Of a DNA stretch of 64,000 nt, positions 1-7,537 are shown one piece after another (within the stretch, counting starts at the first letter, position 1; the number at the start of each line of letters is the position of its first letter). The notes beneath the pieces are model-generated. The model was not told where the DNA came from and ran no database searches. It saw nothing but the letters and a program-made list of their open reading frames with translations. A program made the translations under genes and the position numbers. Source of the stretch: an uncultured Candidatus Saccharibacteria bacterium (GTDB taxonomy: Bacteria; Patescibacteriota; Minisyncoccia; Phycocordibacterales; UBA2100); NCBI GenBank assembly GCA_964654205.1, contig CAZZHR010000003.1:56839-120838 (forward strand), read 5' to 3'.

Positions 1-1473
1 ATGGAAAGCATCGGAGAGAAGTGCGCGGTCTTCGGTGTGTACGGCAAGGGGCTCGACGTGAGCCGCCTTTCTTTCTTCGGCCTCTATGCGCTTCAGCATC
101 GTGGGCAGGAGAGCTCGGGCATTGCTGTGGGCGACGGCGAGAGTCTTACGGTGCACAAGGGCATGGGGCTCGTCTCGCAGGTCTTCTCGGAAGAGCTCAT
201 ACAGAATCTCAAGGGGCATATTGCTGTGGGGCACAATCGATACTCGACTACGGGAGGCTCGAAGGTCAAGCATGCGCAGCCTATGCTTGCTGCGGGCGCG
301 GGCATGTTGCAAAAAGTGACGTACGACGACCCGAATCCGTCGCTCAACGACTCCGTATCGCTGTGCTCGACGCCAGGGGATGAGGCGATAGCGCTCGTTC
401 ACAACGGCAACTTGCCTGACACGACGCATCTTGCGGCGTACCTCGAGGAGGAGGGCGTCGAGTACAAGGAGTTCTCCGACTCCCGAATGATAGTCGAAGC
501 TATCGCCGCGCAAATGCGCGGCGGCCTTGTTCTTGAAGACGCGATTAAGGCAGTATTCCCGCTCCTGGTAGGCGCGTTTTCGATACTCATCGCCTCCGAG
601 AAGAAACTCGTCGCGATGCGCGATAGCTGCGGCATACGGCCACTCTCGCTCGCGAGGCTCAACGGGGGCTATATTGTCGCGTCGGAGACTTGCGCATTCC
701 ACCCCGCGGGTGCCGAGTATGTGCGCGATATAGAGCCTGGCGAGATGCTCGTGATCGACGAGAGCGGTCTCAAGAGCGAACAGCTTGCGGAGGCTACACA
801 GAAACTCGACATATTTGAGTTTGTGTATTTTGCGCGCCCCGACAGCTCGCTCCTTGGCCGCTCCGTATACGAAGTGCGCAAGGAATTTGGTCGACAGCTC
901 GCCCGCGAGAACAAAATCGAGGCGGACGTAGTCATACCTGTCCCGGAAACGGCGATTCCGTCTGCCATCGGATTTGCAAAAGAGAGTGGCATTCCGTTTG
1001 AAATGGCTCTTACGAAGAACCGGTACATACATCGCACATTTATCCAGCCGGAGCAGCACATTCGCGACCAAGGTGTGAAGGCAAAGCTCACGCCGATAGC
1101 GGAGCTCATTTCCGGCAAACGCCTCGTCATCCTCGACGATTCGATAGTACGCGGCACCACCTCAAAAAAAATTATCGCGATGCTCTTCGAGACTGGCGCA
1201 AAAGAGGTGCATTTCCTCTCCTCGAGCCCGCCCGTGAGGTATCCGGATTTCTATGGAATAGATACGCCGAAGCAAGAGAGTTTGCTCGGAGCGGTCAAGT
1301 CAGTGCCGGAGATGCGCGAATTCCTCGGCGCCACATCGCTCGCGTACCTCTCCTACGAGGGCATGATTCGCGCTACGGGAATTCCGGAGGAACAATTCTG
1401 TACCTCGTGCTTTACGGGTCAGTATCCCATCGATATAGGGAAGCGGAAGAAAGAGGTCAGAATGCTCACATAA
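1..1473 (+). CDS. purF: Amidophosphoribosyltransferase (glutamine PRPP amidotransferase), B. subtilis type with short propeptide and C-terminal Fe-S cysteines
   Basis: N-terminal ...EKCAVFGVYG (catalytic Cys after a short propeptide, as in B. subtilis PurF); PRTase domain (VILDDSIVRGTT); C-terminal CTSCFTGQYP cluster cysteines. ATG at window position 1, so the true start could lie upstream of the window. Confidence 0.9.
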   Translation: MESIGEKCAVFGVYGKGLDVSRLSFFGLYALQHRGQESSGIAVGDGESLTVHKGMGLVSQVFSEELIQNLKGHIAVGHNRYSTTGGSKVKHAQPMLAAGAGMLQKVTYDDPNPSLNDSVSLCSTPGDEAIALVHNGNLPDTTHLAAYLEEEGVEYKEFSDSRMIVEAIAAQMRGGLVLEDAIKAVFPLLVGAFSILIASEKKLVAMRDSCGIRPLSLARLNGGYIVASETCAFHPAGAEYVRDIEPGEMLVIDESGLKSEQLAEATQKLDIFEFVYFARPDSSLLGRSVYEVRKEFGRQLARENKIEADVVIPVPETAIPSAIGFAKESGIPFEMALTKNRYIHRTFIQPEQHIRDQGVKAKLTPIAELISGKRLVILDDSIVRGTTSKKIIAMLFETGAKEVHFLSSSPPVRYPDFYGIDTPKQESLLGAVKSVPEMREFLGATSLAYLSYEGMIRATGIPEEQFCTSCFTGQYPIDIGKRKKEVRMLT

Positions 1474-1636
1474 AGAGCCGGTAAGAGGCCTGGGTGTCTT
1501 TCGTCTTCATGACAGAGCAACCCGAATAAAGCAGCTCAACCCCAGAGTACGGAGTCCGCCGGGGCTCCGTGTTCTGGGGTTGCAGCATTTGACTGTTCAT
1601 TTACAAATACTGACGCTGTGTGTACGCTGTCCCGAT

Positions 1637-2875
1637 ATGGCTTACACACCCTCGGACAAAATCCTAAAGAAGTACGCAGATGTGCTCGTCAATTTCGCGC
1701 TCGGCGGGGGCAAGGGCATTCGAAAAGGCGAAGTGGTGCGCGTCTCGAGCGCAGAGAGCGCGAAGCCGCTCTACATGGCCGTCTGCAAAGCGATAGTCGA
1801 CTCGGGCGGGCATGTGATATCGAATTATGGCCCCGACGACGAGAAGGGCGACAAACGGCGCAATGAGAGTTTCTCGCGCTACTTTTATGAAAAAGCGCAA
1901 CCGCATCAGATAGCATACTTCCCTGAAAAGTACCTCAAGGGTCTTGCAGATACGATAGACCACTCCATATTCATTCTTTCCGATGCAGACCCGCATGCGC
2001 TCAAAGGGGTAGACCCTAAGAAAATCATGCAACGCGGTGTCTCGCTCAAACCATTTAAGGACTGGCTCAATCAGAAAGAATGGAAAGGAAAATTTACGTG
2101 GACTATCGGACTCTATGGCACCCCCGCGATGGCAAAGGAGGCGGGGCTTTCGGAAAAGGAGTACTGGAATCAAATCATAAAGGCTTGCTTCCTCGACGAG
2201 AAAAACCCTATAAGCAAGTGGCAGAGTGTCTATCGGGATATAGAAAAGTACCGCTCGCGACTCAACAAGCTGTCCCCGAAGATAGAACGCCTGCATGCGG
2301 TAGGTCCGGATATGGATTTGTGGATCAAGCTTGGTGAGAAGCGCGCATGGCACGCCGGGAGCGGCCGCAACATACCATCTTTCGAGATATTTACATCGCC
2401 GGATTGGCACGGCACGAACGGCTGGATAAAGTTCAACCAGCCACTGTACCGTTATGGCAACAAAGTGACGGGCATCGAGCTCGAGTTCAAGAACGGTCTC
2501 GTCGTGAAAGCGAAGGCCAAGGAGAACGAAAAACTTCTGAAAGAAATGATAGCCACGAAAGGCGCCAACAAAATCGGCGAGTACTCACTCACCGACAGGC
2601 GACACTCGCGAATTACAAAATTCATGGCGGAGACGCTCTTCGACGAGAACATGGGCGGCAGATACGGCAACACGCACCTTGCGCTCGGCATGTCGTACCG
2701 CGATACCTACGCGGGCGACGTGAGCAAGCTCTCGAAGAAAGAGGCGGAACAGCTTGGCTTCAATGACTCCTCGGTGCACACCGACATCATCTCCACCACG
2801 AGGCGAACCGTGACGGCACACTTGAAGAACGGTTCGACCAAGGTCATCTACAAAGACGGGGAATTCGTCCTCTAG
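1637..2875 (+). CDS. M29 family aminopeptidase (AmpS/PepS/aminopeptidase T-like)
   Basis: N-terminal ILKKYADVLVNFALGGGKGIRKGEVV and C-terminal ...LFDENMGGRYGNTHLALG...SSVHTDII...KDGEF align to the aminopeptidase T/PepS pattern. Internal ATG of ORF 1580..2875 chosen (MAYTPSD). Confidence 0.8.
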   Translation: MAYTPSDKILKKYADVLVNFALGGGKGIRKGEVVRVSSAESAKPLYMAVCKAIVDSGGHVISNYGPDDEKGDKRRNESFSRYFYEKAQPHQIAYFPEKYLKGLADTIDHSIFILSDADPHALKGVDPKKIMQRGVSLKPFKDWLNQKEWKGKFTWTIGLYGTPAMAKEAGLSEKEYWNQIIKACFLDEKNPISKWQSVYRDIEKYRSRLNKLSPKIERLHAVGPDMDLWIKLGEKRAWHAGSGRNIPSFEIFTSPDWHGTNGWIKFNQPLYRYGNKVTGIELEFKNGLVVKAKAKENEKLLKEMIATKGANKIGEYSLTDRRHSRITKFMAETLFDENMGGRYGNTHLALGMSYRDTYAGDVSKLSKKEAEQLGFNDSSVHTDIISTTRRTVTAHLKNGSTKVIYKDGEFVL

Positions 2876-2878
2876 TCC

Positions 2879-3232
2879 ATGGATACTGTTTTCATTCGAG
2901 GCCTTTCAGTGTCGGGCACACACGGTGTCTACGAGCACGAAAGGAATGCAGAACAGGAGTTTCTCGTAGATATCGAAGCGGTATTCGACACACAATCAGC
3001 TGCTGCGTCGGACAGACTCGAAGACACTGTGGACTACGACGCCTTTGCGCGCATCGCGCAGGAGGTTGTGCAGCGCAATTCTTTCTACCTCATCGAACGA
3101 CTCGCCGACACGATAGCGAAAGAATTGCTTAAAAATGAAAGCCGACTTGAGTCAGTGCGGGTCACTATCCAGAAGCCAATGGCGCTCAAGAGCGGCATCC
3201 CGGGTGCTAGTATCGAAAGAAAGCGCGTATGA
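2879..3232 (+). CDS. folB: Dihydroneopterin aldolase
   Basis: MDTVFIRGLSVSGTHGVYEHERNAEQEFLVDIE matches the FolB family N-terminus; about 117 aa. Confidence 0.85.
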   Translation: MDTVFIRGLSVSGTHGVYEHERNAEQEFLVDIEAVFDTQSAAASDRLEDTVDYDAFARIAQEVVQRNSFYLIERLADTIAKELLKNESRLESVRVTIQKPMALKSGIPGASIERKRV

Positions 3233-3867
3233 AAACGGTGTACTTAGTGCGACACGGGGAGAGCGAAATCAACGTGAGCAAAACGTTCGTCGACTACGTG
3301 ATGTCCCCCCTCACTGAGCTCGGCAGGGAGCAGGCGCGGCTTCTTGCCGCACGCGCAGCCAAGCTGGATTTCGAACGGCTTATAGCGAGCCCTATAGAGC
3401 GAACCCGCGAAACCGCGGAGTATATCTCGAAGTCTACTGGACACAGCATCGAATTTGCCGAAGTATTTCGCGAGAGAAACCTACCGGCATCGCTCATTGG
3501 GAAGAGCAAGGACGATCCGGAGGCGCGTCTAGTCGCGGATGCAGCCATCCTGTCCTCTGAGGAAGATACGGCGAAAGTGGAGGAGACAGAGACGTTCTCA
3601 GAGTTGAAAGTTCGCGCGGGCGAAGCGCTTACATATCTCGAACAGCGACCCGAAAGCAGCATTATGGTTGTGGGACACGGCTACTTCACGCGTATGCTGA
3701 TTGCCCGCATGTGGTTCGGCGCGAGTATGACACCAGCAGAATTCAAGCCCTTCATATGGGGCATGCGGACAAAAAATACGGGCATCTCTGTCTTGCGCTT
3801 TGATCCGACTGACACACATCGTCCATGGTGGATGCTTGTCTGGAACGACCACGCGCATCTCGGGTAG
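3229..3867 (+). CDS. Histidine phosphatase family protein (phosphoglycerate mutase-like)
   Basis: LVRHGES...N catalytic RHG motif at N-terminus, HG later (VVGHGYF); start overlaps the folB stop by 4 nt. Confidence 0.7.
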   Translation: MKTVYLVRHGESEINVSKTFVDYVMSPLTELGREQARLLAARAAKLDFERLIASPIERTRETAEYISKSTGHSIEFAEVFRERNLPASLIGKSKDDPEARLVADAAILSSEEDTAKVEETETFSELKVRAGEALTYLEQRPESSIMVVGHGYFTRMLIARMWFGASMTPAEFKPFIWGMRTKNTGISVLRFDPTDTHRPWWMLVWNDHAHLG

Positions 3868-3946
3868 CGGCAACTTCATAAGCGCTTCAGTAGGAACGGC
3901 GCAGTATTGAGGCGGACAGAACTGTCCGGTCGAAATTTTTACAACT

Positions 3947-4105
3947 ATGTATACGATGCTCTACACGGTCGCGGCTATCCTACTCATCATCTGGATTGCG
4001 GGGCTCGCGACATCACAAGAGCTTGGCGGTTTCCTGCACTTGTTCCTCGTACTCTCGATAGCCATCGTGCTTCTTGCGCTCGTGCTTGGCGAAAAGAAAT
4101 CCTGA
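3947..4105 (+). CDS. Small membrane protein, lmo0937-family-like (52 aa), below the ORF-track threshold
   Basis: Translation MYTMLYTVAAILLIIWIAGLATSQELGGFLHLFLVLSIAIVLLALVLGEKKS has two hydrophobic helices. It resembles the widespread ~50-aa lmo0937 family (MLYTIAVIL..WLLG...GG.IHLLLVLAI...). Confidence 0.5.
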   Translation: MYTMLYTVAAILLIIWIAGLATSQELGGFLHLFLVLSIAIVLLALVLGEKKS

Positions 4106-4173
4106 CGATGCGTAAGAGTCGAGCACTGCGCGCGTCAGGGGATTGCTGCAGACTTGATGCAGAAAGAGTTTGT

Positions 4174-4908
4174 ATGAAAATATCTTACACGGCGTGGTAT
4201 ATCAGAAGCATATTCGCATCAATGGCGGTTGTGCTCTGCTTCGCGTGGGGTACGAATGCGGCGCACGCAGATGAAACATCGTCAGTATCTATCGCCAGCA
4301 CGGGGCAGGTTATCGTCAAAAACGCTGTCGTGACGGGAGTCGCGGGATCGGTCATCCACGCGGAAGCTCTCTGGGGCGCCGCAAGGATTGCATTCAGTGT
4401 TCAGACGACAGGTTCGACCCGATTCGTGCCTGACCTCGGCAGCAGGGAAGCGTTGCGGGCAATCGAGAAAGGTCACACGATATCGTTTTCTGGCTCGATG
4501 AGTGGGTCTCTCGCAAAACCTACCGTCAACGCGACGGTCGTGAAGGACACTGAACTGCTCCGTGAATCGGTATCGGTCGTTGGTACGGTGGAAAGCATCG
4601 ACGCGAAAAGCGGCACGTTTGTCCTCAGGACGCCCGAGGGCGCGACGACGATACAGGTGCCTGCGGGGGCTCTCATGTCGCGCAACGGCAACTATACGCG
4701 CGTTGCGGACATTGAGCCGGGAGACTCGGGTAAAGCCACGGGTACGCTGGACACGACTGCCGGTACGCTGCGAGCCAGCCGCGTTACGCTCGTGACCGGC
4801 ACAGAAGAGTCGCTGCCAGAAATCCCAAACACGGGCACGAGCGAGGGGGTGCTCTCGTCCATTATCGGGTGGCTCAAGGGAAGCAGGGGCATACTCTCGG
4901 TGCGCTAG
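4174..4908 (+). CDS. Secreted protein with signal peptide and C-terminal sortase-type sorting signal (IPNTG + hydrophobic stretch + basic tail)
   Basis: Internal ATG (MKISYTAWYIRSIFASMAVVLCFAWGTNAAHA) gives a signal peptide. C-terminus ...LPEIPNTGTSEGVLSSIIGWLKGSRGILSVR resembles an LPXTG-type cell-wall sorting signal. Confidence 0.5.
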   Translation: MKISYTAWYIRSIFASMAVVLCFAWGTNAAHADETSSVSIASTGQVIVKNAVVTGVAGSVIHAEALWGAARIAFSVQTTGSTRFVPDLGSREALRAIEKGHTISFSGSMSGSLAKPTVNATVVKDTELLRESVSVVGTVESIDAKSGTFVLRTPEGATTIQVPAGALMSRNGNYTRVADIEPGDSGKATGTLDTTAGTLRASRVTLVTGTEESLPEIPNTGTSEGVLSSIIGWLKGSRGILSVR

Positions 4909-5008
4909 AGGGTGGGCCGAGTCCGCCCGTAATGATGGTCAAATTTCAGGCTATGCACAGCATAAGCCGCTTGTACGGCCTATCTCACGGGGTATACTCT
5001 AAATCCCT

Positions 5009-5530
5009 ATGACGAGCGGCGCATGGCTCAAATACGGGATAGTCTTTTTGGGCGTCTTGCTCATTCGTCTCATCCCATTCCGCGCTCCCAATGTGGAGCC
5101 GCTCCTCGCCGCTGTAATGCCGCTCACAAAGCGCTACGGCGCTCTCGAAGGTTTCGCGTTTGCCGTCCTCTCGATAGTTATCTACGACGCGCTCACCGCT
5201 GGGTTCGGCATCTGGACGCTCGTCACTGCTGCAGCGTATGGTACTCTCGCAATTGGTGCGCATGTGTACTTCAAGACTCGCAAGCCTTCTCGCGGCAATT
5301 TTGTCCGATTCAGTATCGTGGCAGTCCTCGCGTACGACGTCGTGACAGGACTCACGGTGGGTCCGCTTGCGTATGGCCAGTCGTTCTCGGCCGCGCTTCT
5401 CGGTCAAATACCGTTTACCGTACTACATCTGCTCGGAGCCGTACTTTTCGCCGCAGTCGCGAGCCCGCTGCTCTACAAGTGGCTTCAGGAGTCCGAAGTG
5501 CCTGCAGTTGCATCTGTTAAGATTCAGTAA
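5009..5530 (+). CDS. Polytopic small membrane protein, possibly ECF-transporter S-component-like
   Basis: 173 aa with 5-6 predicted TM helices; ...RLIPFRAPNVEPLLAAVMPL... motif reminiscent of ECF S components; immediately upstream of pyrB. Function not established. Confidence 0.45.
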   Translation: MTSGAWLKYGIVFLGVLLIRLIPFRAPNVEPLLAAVMPLTKRYGALEGFAFAVLSIVIYDALTAGFGIWTLVTAAAYGTLAIGAHVYFKTRKPSRGNFVRFSIVAVLAYDVVTGLTVGPLAYGQSFSAALLGQIPFTVLHLLGAVLFAAVASPLLYKWLQESEVPAVASVKIQ

Positions 5531-5532
5531 CC

Positions 5533-6444
5533 ATGCATCACTTGTTGGAAACGCAGCAGTTTGACAGAGATTTGCTGCGTAGCGTGTTTAATTTGGCTAC
5601 TCGGTTCGAGAACTATCGCGATGATTCGCTGCACGGCAGAATACTCGCCACGCTTTTTTATGAGCCGTCCACCAGGACGCGCTTTTCATTTGAAAGTGCC
5701 ATGTACCGCCTCGGCGGGCACGTGATTACCGCTGAGAATGCGACCGAAGTTTCTTCGTCGACAAAAGGTGAGACGCTTGAGGACACGATTCGCGTGATGA
5801 ACAATTACGCGGACGCTATCGTAATCCGACACCCTGAGACCGGAGCAGCAGAGAGAGCGGCCGCAGTCTCGGACGTGCCAATAATCAACGCGGGCGACGG
5901 CGCAGGCCAGCATCCGACGCAAGCCCTCCTCGATATCTACACAATAGAGCGCGAACTCGGCCGTCTCGACGACATCCACGTCGTCATTGTCGGAGATATG
6001 CGCTACTACCGCGCGGCGCGCTCGCTCGCGTACTTGCTCGGCAAGTTTGACAACGTGCGCATCACGGGTGTGACCGACCCGGAGCTCGCGATAAGCGACG
6101 AGCTCAAGCAGTATTTGGACGAAAAGGGGATAGAGTACGTCGGCACAGACTCGCTTGATGACGCGATGGCCAAGGCTGATGTGGTGTACCAGACCCGCAT
6201 CCAAAAAGAACGTCTCTCACCAGAGGCCTACCAGCGCGCGAAAGGCCGCTACATCATAGACAGGCGGCTTGCCGATTCGATGAAAGATGGCGGCATTATC
6301 ATTCATCCGCTTCCGCGCGTCGGTGAAATCATGCCGGAGGTCGATGATTCGCCTCACGCAGTCTACTTCAAGCAGGTAGGGTACGGCCTCTCTGTACGCA
6401 TGGCGCTGCTCTCGATGCTGCTCGGCGGCAAAACGGTCGTGTAA
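5533..6444 (+). CDS. pyrB: Aspartate carbamoyltransferase catalytic subunit
   Basis: STRTR carbamoyl-phosphate motif, HPTQAL (ATCase-type rather than HPCQ of OTCase), HPLPR near the C-terminus. Confidence 0.85.
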   Translation: MHHLLETQQFDRDLLRSVFNLATRFENYRDDSLHGRILATLFYEPSTRTRFSFESAMYRLGGHVITAENATEVSSSTKGETLEDTIRVMNNYADAIVIRHPETGAAERAAAVSDVPIINAGDGAGQHPTQALLDIYTIERELGRLDDIHVVIVGDMRYYRAARSLAYLLGKFDNVRITGVTDPELAISDELKQYLDEKGIEYVGTDSLDDAMAKADVVYQTRIQKERLSPEAYQRAKGRYIIDRRLADSMKDGGIIIHPLPRVGEIMPEVDDSPHAVYFKQVGYGLSVRMALLSMLLGGKTVV

Positions 6445-6445
6445 T

Positions 6446-6781
6446 ATGGTACGCATGCGCGACAAGCTCTACGTGCTCGCCCTTACGAGCGCGCTCTTGT
6501 TCGGCGGTATCGTGCACGCCTCTTTTTCACATTCGCACGGGGCGCATTCGCATGAGGGGGAATCGGTGATCTGGGCGCAGCTCCACAGCTCTCTTAGGCA
6601 CGAGGACAAAAAACCTCTTGCCACTATGTTCGAGAATCCGCTTTTTCTACTTTTTACTCTCGTCGCGGTGTCGGGAGCGCATGTCGCATACCGAAGCCGT
6701 GACGGGCTCGCGAGTGTTCGTGATCCGTTCGCATCGCGAGGGCTCAAAAGAGGAATTTTGAGGTACAGAGTATTTGGCTAG
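6446..6781 (+). CDS. Small exported His-rich protein (SFSHSHGAHSHEGE), possible periplasmic metal (copper) binding
   Basis: Signal-peptide-like N-terminus, His-rich stretch, second hydrophobic segment; sits directly upstream of the YcnI/YcnJ-like copper genes. Confidence 0.4.
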   Translation: MVRMRDKLYVLALTSALLFGGIVHASFSHSHGAHSHEGESVIWAQLHSSLRHEDKKPLATMFENPLFLLFTLVAVSGAHVAYRSRDGLASVRDPFASRGLKRGILRYRVFG

Positions 6782-6817
6782 CCCGTAACGTCCTATTACT
6801 CTCTAGGTTGTTACAAC

Positions 6818-7489
6818 ATGCTTAAAAAATATATTGCGTCTGTTGCACTCATCGCTTTCGCTATGCCGGTGCTCGCGAGTGCGCATCAGTCTGCTGTGTA
6901 CGAAATTAATGGTGAACAGTATCGGTTTGTCGTCGGCTCGCTGGGTGAGCCGATTGCGGTCGACGACAACACAGGCGTCGAGCTTCGCGTCTATTTGCCA
7001 GGACATGAGAACATGGCGGCACATGACCATCACGCAGCAGGGGGTGCTGTGACTGGCCTCGAGAGCACACTCAAGGTGGAGCTCCAGGCGGGGAGCGCGC
7101 GCAAGACGCTCGACCTTGTGCCGGCGTATGGAGAGCCTGGTTCGTACTATGCCAAGTTCTACCCGACTGTCGCCACAACGCTCTCGTACCGATTTTTCGG
7201 CGAGGTAAACGGCACGCCGGTAGATCTCACGTTTACCTGCCGTGAAGAAGGCGCAGCTGCTGCCAACGAAGGCGAGAAGCAAATCTCGACTGGGGTGAAA
7301 CAGGTATCTAAGACAGGTGGGTTTGGTTGCCCAGTTGAGAAAGAGGCACTTGGCTTCCCCGAATCGTCTGCAGGGATTGCGTCTGTCGCTGAGGCGGCCG
7401 ATACCGCGCGCAGTATGTCGGTGGGTGCATTTGCCGTTGGCATCGTTGCGCTCGCACTTGCGGGCGCTGCGCTTCGCCGCAGGTCGTAA
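6818..7489 (+). CDS. YcnI-like (DUF1775-like) membrane-anchored putative copper-binding protein
   Basis: Signal peptide ...PVLASA followed by mature N-terminal His (HQSAVYE...), beta-rich body and C-terminal TM anchor (AFAVGIVALALAGAALRRRS). Same architecture and gene neighbourhood as B. subtilis ycnI next to ycnJ. Confidence 0.45.
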   Translation: MLKKYIASVALIAFAMPVLASAHQSAVYEINGEQYRFVVGSLGEPIAVDDNTGVELRVYLPGHENMAAHDHHAAGGAVTGLESTLKVELQAGSARKTLDLVPAYGEPGSYYAKFYPTVATTLSYRFFGEVNGTPVDLTFTCREEGAAAANEGEKQISTGVKQVSKTGGFGCPVEKEALGFPESSAGIASVAEAADTARSMSVGAFAVGIVALALAGAALRRRS

Positions 7490-7537
7490 GTGTATATGCT
7501 GCCCGGTCGCGAACGCGACCGGGCAGCATCCCTCCCC

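Noticed and set aside
1664-2410. 248-aa minus-strand ORF inside the M29 aminopeptidase gene
   Set aside because: The + strand product aligns end-to-end with aminopeptidase T/PepS; the antisense ORF has no recognisable features.
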